DNA from: a bacterium | GTDB lineage: Bacteria > Zhuqueibacterota > Zhuqueibacteria > Oceanimicrobiales > Oceanimicrobiaceae | Length of the DNA: 64,000 nt | Assembly (NCBI GenBank): GCA_046757165.1 | Contig: JBHHXT010000004.1 | Location: forward strand, 13,248 to 77,247 | Direction of reading: 5' to 3' | In this document: positions 29,325 to 40,511 of the stretch, in pieces | Position numbering within the stretch: the first letter of the stretch is position 1 | Layout: every line of letters starts with the position of its first letter | The notes under the pieces: generated by a model | Databases searched by the model: none | The model's input: only the letters and a program-made list of their open reading frames with translations | Told to the model about the DNA's origin: nothing | Position numbers and translations under genes: made by a program

Positions 29325-30937
29325 ATGAGAAATCCTGCAATGGTGGCGGTCATCCAGCTCGCCAAAGCGCCCCCGAACATCGCTTTCAACCCGACCCTGG
29401 CCAGGTCTTTTCGACGGTTCGGCGCAAGCGCACCAATGCCCCCGATTTGAATGCCGATCGAAGCAAAATTAGCAAACCCGCACAAGGCATAGGTGGAGAT
29501 TACCACAGAGCGCGGCGAAAGGGTGCCGGCGGAAATGTGGTTGCCAAGGGTTCCGTACGCCACAAACTCATTGACGGCCAATTTCAAGCCCAGAAGGTTG
29601 CCGACTTCGACGGTGTCCTTCCACGGCGTGCCCATGACAAAAGCCACATACCGCAACGCGTTGCCAAACAACGTTTTCAAACTGCCGGGAAAGATGCCGG
29701 AGTATTCGCCTTTGACCGGCGAAAAAGGATTCTCGCCAGTCTTCACCCAAACACCCCCAAGCAACCGGCCGTCGATCAGGCTGTCGGCATAATTGAAGAT
29801 AACATCCAAAAGGGCGACCAGGGCAATAAAGCCGAGCAACATGGCCCCCACGTTGACCGCCAGTTTGAGGCCATCGGTGATTCCCGTGGAGGTTGCCTCC
29901 AACAAATTGCTGGCCGTTTTGACTTTGGGGATTTCAACATCCCCCGCGGTCTTGGAATGCGTGGTTTCCGGGTAGATGATTTTGCCCATGACCAGGGCCG
30001 CAGGCGCTGACATGACACTGGCCGCAATCAAATGTCCGGGATCGACACCCATACGGATATAGCCCGCCAACACCCCGCCTGCAATGGTGGCAAACCCACC
30101 GACCATGACCGTCGCCAGCTCAGATACGGTCATATCGCTTAGAAAGGGTTTGATCAGCAACGGTGCCTCCGTCTGGCCAACAAAGACGTTGGACGTACAG
30201 GAGAGCGTCTCAGCGCCGCTCGTCCCTAGCGTCCAGCGCATGAACCTTGCCATGACCTGCACAACAACCTGAATAACGCCGAGATAGTAGAGAATGGACA
30301 TGAACGCGGCAAAGAAGATGATTGTCGGCAAGACTGAAAACGCAAACTGAAAACCGAACTGCTGAGCGTATTCGGCTTTGATCAAATTGCCGAAAAGGAA
30401 GCCGCTGCCAAAGTCGGTCAGTCTCAAAAAACTATCTACCTTCGAACTCAATGACTCAAAAATGATCTTGCCATAAATCTGCCGAGATGCCATGATTCCA
30501 AAACCAACCGATAAGAACATGGCGATCGAAATCCGCCGCAGGCGACTGCTTTTTGCGTAAAAGCCCCAACCGATGACCAAAGCAGACACCACCAGCACGG
30601 GCACTGAAATGCCGGGGACATCCAACCACGAGGACAACGCCACCATAAGACCTGATGCCACCACAATCACGGCTCCGACCATGGCTTGCCTGGCCACCCC
30701 TCCGTATTGGGCCATTTCTTCGGTAAAAATAAACAGCAGGATCATAGAATGTAAAACGAACATGCCGACAAGGGAATGAGACTGCTCGCCAAGAACAATC
30801 AACGCAAAAAGCAGTTGCAATCCCAACCCCCAGATGATTATCCGGGGACGGATTTTGGATTTGTTGTCAGACATGAGCCAGGCAAGTCCGAGCAAAGATA
30901 GCAAGCCGACCAGGCTAATCAATCTCTCCAGTGCCAT
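29318..30937 (-). CDS. nupC: Concentrative nucleoside transporter (NupC/CNT family)
   Basis: FAFSVLPTIIFF, FVGQTEAP, GFATIAGGV, NEFVAY, CGFANFASIGIQIGG. Confidence 0.93.
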   Translation of the reverse strand: MALERLISLVGLLSLLGLAWLMSDNKSKIRPRIIIWGLGLQLLFALIVLGEQSHSLVGMFVLHSMILLFIFTEEMAQYGGVARQAMVGAVIVVASGLMVALSSWLDVPGISVPVLVVSALVIGWGFYAKSSRLRRISIAMFLSVGFGIMASRQIYGKIIFESLSSKVDSFLRLTDFGSGFLFGNLIKAEYAQQFGFQFAFSVLPTIIFFAAFMSILYYLGVIQVVVQVMARFMRWTLGTSGAETLSCTSNVFVGQTEAPLLIKPFLSDMTVSELATVMVGGFATIAGGVLAGYIRMGVDPGHLIAASVMSAPAALVMGKIIYPETTHSKTAGDVEIPKVKTASNLLEATSTGITDGLKLAVNVGAMLLGFIALVALLDVIFNYADSLIDGRLLGGVWVKTGENPFSPVKGEYSGIFPGSLKTLFGNALRYVAFVMGTPWKDTVEVGNLLGLKLAVNEFVAYGTLGNHISAGTLSPRSVVISTYALCGFANFASIGIQIGGIGALAPNRRKDLARVGLKAMFGGALASWMTATIAGFLIQ

Positions 30938-30960
30938 TCCTCCCTCCTTCTTTCTTAGTG

Positions 30961-31533
30961 TTAGTTATCCATTTCTTCCGGCGGTTCGTAGCAGCTCCGG
31001 CACCGCGCTTCGTAGGCGTCCAGGGCGCCGACAAGCACTCTGTCTTTGTCGGGAACGATTCTCTGAGTCTTATTGGCGGGGTTGCCACAGACGACACAAA
31101 TCGCGAGTGTCTTGGTGACGTACTCGGCAACGGCCAACATTTGCGGCATGGGTTCAAACGGCACGCCGCGGTAGTCCTGATCCAAGCCGGCAACGATGAC
31201 GCGCTTGCCCTGGCCGGCAAGCTTCTCGCAGACCTCCACGATCTCAGGTCCAAAAAACTGACCTTCGTCTATGGCAACCACTTTTGCGTCTCCGGCCTGC
31301 TCCAGAATCTCCGCGGCTCCGGTCACCGTCGTCGACGGAAACCGCTGTTCGCTATGGGACACGATAAAATCCTTCGCAAAGCGGGTGTCCACTTTGGGCT
31401 TGAAGATAGCCACCTTCTGCCGGGCAATCTGCGCCCGCCGCAGCCGGCGAATCAACTCCTCTGTCTTACCGCTGAACATACTCCCGACGATCACTTCTAT
31501 CCAGCCCGAATCTCTTCTGACGACGCTTAGCAT
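30961..31533 (-). CDS. tdk: Thymidine kinase
   Basis: [20 protein letters not shown], CxxC...CRxC. Confidence 0.96.
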   Translation of the reverse strand: MLSVVRRDSGWIEVIVGSMFSGKTEELIRRLRRAQIARQKVAIFKPKVDTRFAKDFIVSHSEQRFPSTTVTGAAEILEQAGDAKVVAIDEGQFFGPEIVEVCEKLAGQGKRVIVAGLDQDYRGVPFEPMPQMLAVAEYVTKTLAICVVCGNPANKTQRIVPDKDRVLVGALDAYEARCRSCYEPPEEMDN

Positions 31534-31562
31534 GCTTGATTTTCTCCTCCATAATGGTGAAG

Positions 31563-32192
31563 CTACTCCCGCTCGCGCAGAAGCGCCTCGATCTTGGTCT
31601 TGATCAAATCAATCGCGACCTTGTTGTAGCCGCCTTCCGGCACGATGAGATCGGCGTACCGCTTCGAGGGTTCGACAAATTGCAAATGCATCGGCCGGAC
31701 ACTCGCTTCGTACTGCTGAATGACAGACTCTATGGTGCGTCCTCGCTCCAGCATGTCTCGTTTTACACGTCGGATAAAACGAATGTCCGCATCGGTATCC
31801 ACATAAATCTTGATATCCATGAGGGCGCGCAGCTCGGGGTTGTCAAAAATCAGAATGCCTTCCAGCACGATAATGGAGTGCGGCCCAATCGTCTTGAATC
31901 GATTGGGCCGTGTGTGTGTGACAAAGTCATAGATGGGCTGACGGATAGTCTCGCCACGCAGCAGCGCTTTGAGCTGCTCGACCATCAGCTCTGTATCGAT
32001 CGCATCCGGGTGGTCGAAGTTCTGCTCATGGCGTTGTGGCTCACTCAGGTGGCTCAGATCCTTGTAGTAAGAATCCTGGCAAATCCGCACGACTTTCTCG
32101 GAGCCTAACTCGGAGTATATGTTCTTGGCAACAAGGGTTTTGCCGGAGCCTGTGCCCCCCGCGATACCGATCAAAATACCTCTTTCAGACAA
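31563..32192 (-). CDS. udk: Uridine kinase
   Basis: [28 protein letters not shown]. Confidence 0.96.
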   Translation of the reverse strand: MSERGILIGIAGGTGSGKTLVAKNIYSELGSEKVVRICQDSYYKDLSHLSEPQRHEQNFDHPDAIDTELMVEQLKALLRGETIRQPIYDFVTHTRPNRFKTIGPHSIIVLEGILIFDNPELRALMDIKIYVDTDADIRFIRRVKRDMLERGRTIESVIQQYEASVRPMHLQFVEPSKRYADLIVPEGGYNKVAIDLIKTKIEALLRERE

Positions 32193-32229
32193 GATCTACC
32201 CCTCCCACTTTAGCTGAAATAGTTGGGAC

Positions 32230-32649
32230 TTATTTCGGTGTTCGCAGTTCAGCCAAAAAGCTTTGGTTAAATGCCTCGGGAAGCAGTTTCGTGATCGTGG
32301 TCTCCTTGGTTTTGCCATGCACGTTGACAAGCGTGACCTTGATGTCGGGGGCAAAGTCAGTCAGCACTTGGCGGCAGGCACCGCAGGGCGGGCAAAAGGT
32401 CTCGGTCCTTGCGGCCACCACAATCCAGGTAAACTCTCGCACGCCTTCGGAAAGCGCCTTGAACAGGGCGACCCGCTCAGCACATATAGTCAGCCCGTAT
32501 GAGCTCACTTCAATGTTGCAGCCACTATAGATCTCGCCTGTGCTGGTTTGCACCGCAGCGCCAACCGCAAAGTTCGAATACGGCGTGTAGGCGAACTCGA
32601 GCGCCGCCATTGCCCGCCTGACAAGTTCAGAATCCTGATTGATGCTCAT
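32230..32649 (-). CDS. cdd: Cytidine deaminase (tetrameric type)
   Basis: PYSNFAVGAA, CAER, PCGACRQ. Confidence 0.96.
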   Translation of the reverse strand: MSINQDSELVRRAMAALEFAYTPYSNFAVGAAVQTSTGEIYSGCNIEVSSYGLTICAERVALFKALSEGVREFTWIVVAARTETFCPPCGACRQVLTDFAPDIKVTLVNVHGKTKETTITKLLPEAFNQSFLAELRTPK

Positions 32650-32677
32650 GATTAGATATCGGCAATATCGGCAACAG

Positions 32678-32710
32678 AAAAAAAATCCGAGAAAATCTTC
32701 TCGGATTTTT
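32678..32710 (-). terminator. Intrinsic terminator after ssb
   Basis: AAAAATCCGAGAA-aatc-TTCTCGGATTTTT with a poly-T run on the minus strand. Confidence 0.75.
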
Positions 32711-32771
32711 CACATACGTGACTCGGTGTAACAATCATTTCTCGACATGCTACAGCTAAAGACCTGTGAGA

Positions 32772-33215
32772 TTAGAACGGCAGGTCATCTTCTTCGGTCG
32801 TCTCTCTCGGCGATGGCGGTGGCGCCTCGGTGTCAGAAAGCGGCGGGGGTGTTGGAGGACGTCCGCCGTCGGATTTGCTATCTAACATGGTCAAGACATC
32901 TCCAACGACTTCCGTTGTGTAGCGCTTAATTCCATCCTTGTCCTCCCAGGAGCGTGTTTGCAGACGCCCCTCAATGTACACTTTGCTGCCCTTCTTCAGG
33001 TACTCTCCTGCCACTTCAGCTTGACGCCGCCAGAGAACGACGCGGTGCCACTCGGTCCGTTCCTGCCTGTTCCCCTGGTCATCTTTCCACATTTCGTTGG
33101 TGGCAACGCTTACCGTTGTCACGGCTGCCCCACTTGGTGTGTACTTCAGCTCGGGATCGGCACCCAGATTGCCGATCAGAATAACTTTGTTGACACTACC
33201 CTTTCCTATAGCCAT
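32772..33215 (-). CDS. ssb: Single-stranded DNA-binding protein
   Basis: [17 protein letters not shown]-terminal DDLPF; RBS AAGGAGG. Confidence 0.97.
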   Translation of the reverse strand: MAIGKGSVNKVILIGNLGADPELKYTPSGAAVTTVSVATNEMWKDDQGNRQERTEWHRVVLWRRQAEVAGEYLKKGSKVYIEGRLQTRSWEDKDGIKRYTTEVVGDVLTMLDSKSDGGRPPTPPPLSDTEAPPPSPRETTEEDDLPF

Positions 33216-33259
33216 AGCACACCCTCCTTTACGTTTGACACAAATCAACCCATTTTTTC

Positions 33260-33288
33260 ATCGTAGCAATAATTACTAATTTTGTCAA
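33260..33288 (-). promoter_or_regulatory. Sigma70-like promoter for ssb
   Basis: TTGACA-17bp-TACGAT. Confidence 0.65.
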
Positions 33289-33338
33289 GTTTTTTTTTGA
33301 GGGCATGCAACCGCCACAGGTCTGACGACAGCCAAATT

Positions 33339-36300
33339 CTATTTCTGTAAAACAATGCGGTGATTAAATCGCCTGCCGCTGGCCTCCATGCGAACGAAAT
33401 AGACGCCGCTTCCAACCGAGCTGCCAAGATTGTCCCTTCCCGACCACCGCATCTTCTTTAATCCCGCCTCCTGCCAACCGTCGGCCAAAGTCCGCACCAA
33501 CTGCCCCCGCACGTTGAAGATTTGCAATTTAACTCTGGTGGCTCGTGGCAAGGCATAAGCAATCGTCGCTTCCGCATTAAAAGGATTCGGATAGGCCGGC
33601 CTCAAAGTCAGCTCTTGTGGCACATGCGCAGAACCACCGGCGCTGGCATTCAAGACAAGCTGCTCATCTTCATGGCGCTTGTTTGATGACGGCAAAATCT
33701 CGACAACCAATTCCGGCGGGATCACGCCCTCTTTCGTCCGGTACCTCACCTGGTCGCCCGAGGTCGTTTTGAGACAAAAGCTGTACGTGCCATTTCCAGT
33801 GACAGCGTCGGTCACCTCGAATTCCACGAACGTGTCTGGAGCAACAGAACCAACTGCGCTCAAGGCAGAACTTGCGGCTTCAGGTGCGTTGGTGGCGTTT
33901 AGCAGCTCCTCTGTCCACGGCTGCTCGCTGGTGGCGAAATCATTTGAGGCCAGGAAGATTGCACCGCCATTATTCCCCCCATCTGTGACGCCATCGCCGA
34001 CCCGCAGCCGCACGAAGGCACGGCTTACCGCGCCATTGAGTCCGCTCACGGCAAACTTGAGGTACATCTGAAATCTCTTCTTGGCAACTTTAGCCGAGGT
34101 TTTGTCTCCGTAGTTTTTCATCGGCCTTGTCAGTTTGATTTGGCCGTCATCGGTCGGAATGAACACAAATGTGCCTGCCCCACCGCTAGCTGGAGTGACT
34201 TCAACCTTGACGGTCGCTGCATTTGACGAGGCACCTTCATTGTCGCTCACAACGTATTGTAGCGAATCCAGGCCGTCAAATCCGTCGTTGGGGGTGTAGG
34301 TGATGACCCCGGGACTGCCGTTCTGCATCACGGTTCCGTTGATTGGCGCCTTGACAATGACCACGCTGGTCAGGTCGAGGGTTCCGTCACTATCGCTGTC
34401 GTTGGTGGTAACGTCGATGGCAACAGCCGTACCGGCAGTGGTCGAGGCGCTATCGTTGCGAGCGACCGGCGGCTGGTTTGTGACGCCACCACTCGTTCCG
34501 GCTTCAACGATCAGCTCCGGTGGCGTGGCGCCCTCCTTGGTGTGGTAGCGCACCGCGTCGCTCGAGGTGCCCATCAGACAGAAGCTGTAAATCCCGTTGC
34601 CGCTCACGGCCCGGCTCACGTCAAACTCGACGACTTCGTCTGGCGAAACACGGCCTAACGTTGCCAGGGTCTCACTCAGGACTTCCGGTGCGTTCAGAGC
34701 GGTCAGCTCGTTTTCATTCCACGGTTCGCCGGAACCGACAAAACGATTCGACGCCAGGAAAATCGTTCCACCAGACTTTCCACCATGCGTACTGCCGCTG
34801 CTGACCTCGAGACGCAGACGGACACGTTCAACCTTGCCGGTCACGCCGGTGACGCTGAACTTGTAGTACGAGGTATACTTGTGAAGCTTCACTTTTGAGG
34901 TACTTTTCGTGCCATAGTTTCTATCGAAGTTTGGCAATCGCACCTGCCCATCGTCTGTTGGCTGAAAAGTGAGCGTCTGTGGTTGGCTGCTCTCCGTTAC
35001 CCTGATGATAACGGTGGCGGGATTGGACGGCAAGCCACGGTTGTCTGCGACCTGATATTTCAATCTATCCCGGCCAAGAAATCCCGCATTGGGGACGTAA
35101 ACGACCCTGCCGGCCGCAATTGTGGCTGAGCCGTTTAGCGGCGGCGCCACGATGGTCAGACTCGTCGAATCCAATGCGCCGTCGCTGTCACTGTCGTTTG
35201 CCAGAACATCGATCTCAACCGGCGTATCCAGGGGCGTCGTGGTGGTATCATTGAGGGCCAGCGGAGGCTGGTTTGTCGCGGCCACAATAATGATGATGAC
35301 TTTGGCCCCATTTGAAACGGCGCCGTCGTTGTCGCTGACCGTATAGTGAAACGCATCCGCGCCGGAAAAGCCGGCGGCAGGTGTGTACCTCACTTTGCCA
35401 GAGCTGCCAATTACCACTGCTTGCCCACTCAGCGCCGGCGTGATGACGGCAACGGTGGAGAGATCCAGCGAACCGTCAGCGTCGCTGTCGTTGGCCGTCA
35501 CCTCGATATCGACGGCGCTGCCTGATGGTGTGGTTACCGTGTCATCAACGGCGACAGGGGCATCATTCCTGCTGGCGCCTGCACCGGTTTCGACGATGAG
35601 CTCCGGCGGTGTGGCGCCTTCTTTGGTGTAATACCTCACCTGATCACCCAACAACGTGGTCAGGCAGAAACTGTAGACCCCATTGCCACTCACGGCCCCG
35701 GTTACATCGAATTCGACAACTTCGCCGGGCGCAACCGCCCCCAGTGTACTCAAGACAGCGCTGGTGACTTCCGGGGCATTTTGGCCGTTCAAGCGGAGTT
35801 CGTTCCAGGGCTCGTTGGTGCCGGAAAAGGTGTTTGCCGCAGAAAGAATAGAGCCACCCGAGTCCGCCCCATCGCTGGCGCCGTCGGCTACTTTCAAACG
35901 CAATCGTGCACTGCGTACCGCCCCACGCACGCCGCTGACTGCGAACTTGAAATAGGTTTTGAACTTGCCCGCCTTGACTTTTGCCGTGTTTTTCGTGCCA
36001 TAGTTCTTGCCCAACAAGGTGAGCTTGATCTGGCCATCATCAGTGGGGGAGAAGCTGAGTGTTTCTTCGCTACCCCCGGGTGTGACCTCAATCAGGACGT
36101 TTGCACGGTTAGACACCAGGCCTGCGTCGTCCGCTACCGTGTAGGAGAAGGAATCCGCGCCGGCAAAGTGCGGTGCCGGGACGTATGTCATCGTCCCGAG
36201 CGCGTGGTCCACACTCGCCGTTCCGTTTTGTGGTGAAGTGACAAGGACGACAGACGAGGCATCGAGCGCGTTGTCGACATCGACGTCATTGGATAGGACG

Positions 36301-39300
36301 TGCAGTTCAATGGATACATTGGCCGCGGTCGTGGCCGAGTCGTCCCGAGCCACGGGCGCGTCATTGACTGCGCTGACGGCTATGCGCACCGTGGCCGCAT
36401 TCGAGGCCACAGACAGGTCATCTTTCACATGGTAAGCAAACGAATCCGGACCAAAGTAGTTGTTGAATGGTGTGTAGGTCATTTCTCCAGTTGACGAATC
36501 GAGCACAGCCGCGCCATGCTCCGGGCCAGCGAGCACGGTGACGCTCGAGGTCTCGAGCGTGCCGTCGGGATCGTGGTCATTGGCTATCACCGCAATCGCT
36601 ACCGGCACATCCTCGGCAGTGGTCGCACTGTCGTCCGCGGCCACTGGCGGGTCATTGGTCTTGATAATCCGAACGCGCACCACGGCTGTATTGGAGACCA
36701 GGCCGTCGTCGTCTGCTACGGTGTACGAAAAGAGATCCGATCCGCTGAGATTGAAGAACGGTTCGTACTGAATGGCACCGGTTGCGGTGTCAACGGTCGC
36801 GGTCCCCTGCGCCGGGAGGTCCACGATGGTCAACGATGCCAGGTCCAGTTGGCCATCTACCTCGCGGTCATTCGCCGTCACCGGCACACTCACCGGGATG
36901 TTCTTTCTCGTCGTCACGGAATCATCTGCGGCGACCGGCGCATCATTGACGGGTGTCACGGTTAGCAGCACCGTCGCGGCGTTTGATTCCACGCCAAAAT
37001 TATCCTTCACAATGTAAGTCAAAGAATCCTGTCCGAAGAAATTCAAATCCGGTGTGTATGTCATGCTTCCGGACAATGAGTCCCGAATGACAGAGCCGAA
37101 TAGAGGGCGTGACAGAACCGTAACGCTGGTGGGCGCCAATGTTCCGTCCGGATCGCTGTCGTTTGCCAACACGGAAACTGAGACGGGGGTATCTTCTGCC
37201 GTGGTCAGGGTGTCATTTTCTGCCACAGGAGCATCGTTCTGTTCTACGACGACTACAGTGACCGTCGCCACATTTGAATCCAGGCCCTCATCGTCTGCAA
37301 CCGTGTAGGTGAATGAATCAGAGCCCGAAAAGTTAGTGGCGGGCGTGTATCGAATCGCTCCGGTCAGGACGTTCACTTCCGCAGTGCCGTTGTTCGGCAG
37401 GTCTACGAGGGTCACGGTGGCCAGGTCGAGGGTGCCGTCTGCGTCGTGGTCATTGGCGGTAACATTGATGACGACCGGAGTTTCTTCGTTGGTCGTCGCC
37501 GCGTCGTTGCTTGCCACCGGCGGCTGGTTGTTGTCCCGCGGGCGCGTCAGGAGCACGAGCTTTGGCGCCTGCACACCTTCTTTTGAGCTGTACTGGGCTT
37601 TGTCCGGCAGCGTGTTGGAGATGCCGAAACTATAGGTCCCGTTTCCGACGACTCGGGTGGAGACGTCAAACTCGACGACAGTCAACACGTTCACCTTGCC
37701 CAGGGTGCTCAGCGGTGTGCCGCTGATGGCCGGTGCGTTTTCCCACGTCAGGACCTCCTCATTCCAGGGTTCCCCGGCCGTGCGAAACTTGTTCGAAACC
37801 GGATAGATGGCTCCGCCGTCAGCGCTGCCATTCAGCACAAACATTTGAATCTTGGCATGGCGCACTTCGCCGTGCACACCTGTCACCTTGAATTTCAGAT
37901 AACTATTGAAGAGGGGCTGCGCGTCAACCTTCAGCGAGGCTGAGGCGCCGTAGTTGTTCAGCGGCCGGGACGATTTCACCTGTGCGTCATCACTCGGTTC
38001 GAATGTGAGCGTGGTGGTGCCGTCGCCACCGATTTGTGAGAATGTTGCGGTGACGAGTTTATCCCGATTCATGAAAATGCTGACCGGATTGTTTGTGCCG
38101 AACACGTCGCCACTCCAGCCGCTAAAGACAAAGCCTGAATCTGCCACGGCAGTCACCGTGACAACTGTGCGGTCTTTATGTTTGCCCTCCGGCGAATCGG
38201 GGGTCGCGACCACTTTGCCGCCGCCCACGGTTTCAATCGTTAGAACGAACTCCTTCACGAAAGTCGCAGTGACTGTTTTTTGCGCATCCAAAACCAGGGA
38301 ATCCGGATTCGGGTGCCCGCTCATGTCGCTTCCCCAACCGTCAAAGGCATGTCCAGAATCGGGAATGGCATGCAAGTGGAGCACCGCAAGATTGCTGCTG
38401 TTGAAGCCCAAGCTGGTGACCACCACATCGCCCTCGGCAGAATTCGTCACGCTGAGGTCATAACGACCGCCATAGAGCCAGTCCGTCCAGCCGGCGTTTT
38501 TTCCCGGCCGTGATGGCTTCGGGGTCGAGAATGTTGCATGATAATAGTGGTTGACAATATAGGGGAGCCAGATATCATCGTCCTCTGCCGGAAAGTCAGC
38601 GACGTTGTAGAGCCAATTGAAAGCGCGCAAGAGCGCCTTGTCTTGCCACTCCCAAACATCATACCCGGCGCGCCACAAGATGATGGCTTGCACAAGGGCA
38701 CCTTGCAACCCTTCGTAAACGTAGTTTTCGTGCGGCGGCGGCCACGCAAACCCTCCGGCGCGGCGCTGGTCATCAGGTAATACCCCATCGACGTTGCGGC
38801 CGTTGAGGTTCGCCCCGGCAGGATTGATGCCGACCGGAGTGAGCGGATCTGCTTGCCAGTCCAACGCGCCAAACCTGAAGTCAGCATAGGCCTGCCGATC
38901 CCCCATGTACCCTTTGAAAACCAGGGCCGTACGCGCAATCTCGACCTTGTCGTCCAGATAGAAAGCGACCGCAGCACGGCTGGCGCCGCTTTGTGTTCCC
39001 CAATTGTTTGGCCGGTCTTCGTGTGTAGACCTCAGCGTCCGACCGTTGAGATCTTCGCTTAGAGCCTGTCTCAGCCAGGCACGAAAAATGGTATCCTTGG
39101 CCGCAGGCAGCCCCACCAAGTCCGCTGAAATGACATACGCTGCCAGCTCCCGCCCCAGCGCCAGAGAAGTCCCGCCCTGCTCGCTGCCAATCGCGGCCAT
39201 ACAGGCGTCGATGACCTGCAAGCGGTAGGACTCGATCCCGGTGCGGGCATAAACCAGAGCCTTTGCCAGCACGCGGACATTGACGGAATCCTTCTGACTC

Positions 39301-40040
39301 GAGAGATTGGGCTGGCCGGCAGGCAGATCGGCAATTGTCTTCAAGTGCGCCCAACTCAGGCCCGTAGTCGGAAGCTCTGCCAGCTCAGCAGCGCTGGTCA
39401 GAATGCCACTGGAGACCCTTGGCGCGGGCGGCGCCGTGAAGAGGGCCGTCACGCTTTTGTCTTTGTTCATCACAATCGTGTCAGGGTTGGCGTACCCCCG
39501 CAAATCGTTCTGCCAGCCGGTGTGGACATAACCAGCGCCCGGGATGGCAGAAATGACCACTTTTGTGCCTTTATAGTAGCTTCCGCCTGGCGGCGAAAGC
39601 GAAACCGTCCCCGTGCCGACGATGAGCGTATTGAGAGTGAATTTGGGTAGTTCTCTGAAGATGGCGGTCACGGACCTGGTCGAATCCATCACCAGCGTAT
39701 CCGGGTTGCTCCGGCCATCCAGGTCCCCATCCCAATCGACGAGTTTGTAGCCGGAGTCCGGGATGGCGGTGAGAATGACAACCGTCCCACTTTCGTAGGT
39801 TCCGCCTGGAGGATCGAGGGCGACTCGCCCGGGACCACTAGTGCCGGTTGTCAAGGTAAATTGCTGAGCAGGTGTATTCGTCTCCGACGCTTGCGCATAT
39901 CCGGCTTTCGGGCCGAGTAGGTGAACGCCGGCAGAAACCAGCAGAAACAGGGTGATAAGGTTGAAAACGCGATGAATCGCCGTGGAAAGATGTGTCCGTG
40001 CCGCGAGAAATCCTGTACAGTCCTTCAATGTGTCCTCCAA
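33339..40040 (-). CDS. Giant secreted multidomain protein: InlB-B-like repeats, alginate-lyase-like domain, DNRLRE/CBM96-like domains, Ig/cadherin-like repeats, FlgD-like C-terminus
   Basis: 4x LTAxPDSGY.F..W repeats, HEDRPNNWGT helical domain, 4x PxDDxQ(I/V) domains, 8x N(D/Q)xPxAx(D/N)D repeats, YPNPFN tail. Confidence 0.85.
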   Translation of the reverse strand: MEDTLKDCTGFLAARTHLSTAIHRVFNLITLFLLVSAGVHLLGPKAGYAQASETNTPAQQFTLTTGTSGPGRVALDPPGGTYESGTVVILTAIPDSGYKLVDWDGDLDGRSNPDTLVMDSTRSVTAIFRELPKFTLNTLIVGTGTVSLSPPGGSYYKGTKVVISAIPGAGYVHTGWQNDLRGYANPDTIVMNKDKSVTALFTAPPAPRVSSGILTSAAELAELPTTGLSWAHLKTIADLPAGQPNLSSQKDSVNVRVLAKALVYARTGIESYRLQVIDACMAAIGSEQGGTSLALGRELAAYVISADLVGLPAAKDTIFRAWLRQALSEDLNGRTLRSTHEDRPNNWGTQSGASRAAVAFYLDDKVEIARTALVFKGYMGDRQAYADFRFGALDWQADPLTPVGINPAGANLNGRNVDGVLPDDQRRAGGFAWPPPHENYVYEGLQGALVQAIILWRAGYDVWEWQDKALLRAFNWLYNVADFPAEDDDIWLPYIVNHYYHATFSTPKPSRPGKNAGWTDWLYGGRYDLSVTNSAEGDVVVTSLGFNSSNLAVLHLHAIPDSGHAFDGWGSDMSGHPNPDSLVLDAQKTVTATFVKEFVLTIETVGGGKVVATPDSPEGKHKDRTVVTVTAVADSGFVFSGWSGDVFGTNNPVSIFMNRDKLVTATFSQIGGDGTTTLTFEPSDDAQVKSSRPLNNYGASASLKVDAQPLFNSYLKFKVTGVHGEVRHAKIQMFVLNGSADGGAIYPVSNKFRTAGEPWNEEVLTWENAPAISGTPLSTLGKVNVLTVVEFDVSTRVVGNGTYSFGISNTLPDKAQYSSKEGVQAPKLVLLTRPRDNNQPPVASNDAATTNEETPVVINVTANDHDADGTLDLATVTLVDLPNNGTAEVNVLTGAIRYTPATNFSGSDSFTYTVADDEGLDSNVATVTVVVVEQNDAPVAENDTLTTAEDTPVSVSVLANDSDPDGTLAPTSVTVLSRPLFGSVIRDSLSGSMTYTPDLNFFGQDSLTYIVKDNFGVESNAATVLLTVTPVNDAPVAADDSVTTRKNIPVSVPVTANDREVDGQLDLASLTIVDLPAQGTATVDTATGAIQYEPFFNLSGSDLFSYTVADDDGLVSNTAVVRVRIIKTNDPPVAADDSATTAEDVPVAIAVIANDHDPDGTLETSSVTVLAGPEHGAAVLDSSTGEMTYTPFNNYFGPDSFAYHVKDDLSVASNAATVRIAVSAVNDAPVARDDSATTAANVSIELHVLSNDVDVDNALDASSVVLVTSPQNGTASVDHALGTMTYVPAPHFAGADSFSYTVADDAGLVSNRANVLIEVTPGGSEETLSFSPTDDGQIKLTLLGKNYGTKNTAKVKAGKFKTYFKFAVSGVRGAVRSARLRLKVADGASDGADSGGSILSAANTFSGTNEPWNELRLNGQNAPEVTSAVLSTLGAVAPGEVVEFDVTGAVSGNGVYSFCLTTLLGDQVRYYTKEGATPPELIVETGAGASRNDAPVAVDDTVTTPSGSAVDIEVTANDSDADGSLDLSTVAVITPALSGQAVVIGSSGKVRYTPAAGFSGADAFHYTVSDNDGAVSNGAKVIIIIVAATNQPPLALNDTTTTPLDTPVEIDVLANDSDSDGALDSTSLTIVAPPLNGSATIAAGRVVYVPNAGFLGRDRLKYQVADNRGLPSNPATVIIRVTESSQPQTLTFQPTDDGQVRLPNFDRNYGTKSTSKVKLHKYTSYYKFSVTGVTGKVERVRLRLEVSSGSTHGGKSGGTIFLASNRFVGSGEPWNENELTALNAPEVLSETLATLGRVSPDEVVEFDVSRAVSGNGIYSFCLMGTSSDAVRYHTKEGATPPELIVEAGTSGGVTNQPPVARNDSASTTAGTAVAIDVTTNDSDSDGTLDLTSVVIVKAPINGTVMQNGSPGVITYTPNDGFDGLDSLQYVVSDNEGASSNAATVKVEVTPASGGAGTFVFIPTDDGQIKLTRPMKNYGDKTSAKVAKKRFQMYLKFAVSGLNGAVSRAFVRLRVGDGVTDGGNNGGAIFLASNDFATSEQPWTEELLNATNAPEAASSALSAVGSVAPDTFVEFEVTDAVTGNGTYSFCLKTTSGDQVRYRTKEGVIPPELVVEILPSSNKRHEDEQLVLNASAGGSAHVPQELTLRPAYPNPFNAEATIAYALPRATRVKLQIFNVRGQLVRTLADGWQEAGLKKMRWSGRDNLGSSVGSGVYFVRMEASGRRFNHRIVLQK

Positions 40041-40444
40041 GATGAAAATCTAATGTTGCCGCCTTTTGAAGGAATGGCTCTGTCTGAAATGGATTGGATT
40101 AGCTATTCCTCAACAACGCTCGCCCGGGACGAACTGGCTGCCTTTGCGGCCAGCATGTCGCGAGTCTTGCGTTTGCCCCTCTCACCACTTGTATGGCTCC
40201 ATCCAGTCCAGTTCGCGACTTCGCGCTTCAGGAGCTGGTCCGGCTAAAACGGATGGTATGAAAAAGGAAAAATATGATGGCGCTGATTGATGATTCATAT
40301 TATATATAATCTCTTAGTACGAAATTTTCTTCCCTATGCGTACATTCCTGTCACATTTCACAGAAAGATTAACGATCTGTAACGAAACTTCGCCTGCTGC
40401 AAGACACTCATCCAGACAAATACTTGTGCCCACTCTTGGTAAAT

Positions 40445-40468
40445 ATTCAGGTAGATAGGCTGTAGGCT
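40445..40468 (+). repeat. Left copy of 24-bp inverted repeat
   Basis: ATTCAGGTAGATAGGCTGTAGGCT; exact reverse complement at 42594-42617. Confidence 0.9.
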
Positions 40469-40511
40469 TTTAGGCTGTGGGAAGAATGCGGGCAGCCTCA
40501 GGAAAAATATT

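Noticed and set aside
33339..40040. Repeats as a CRISPR array or tandem DNA repeat
   Set aside because: They are in-frame, diverged protein domain repeats; no repeat-spacer array or cas gene was seen in the window.
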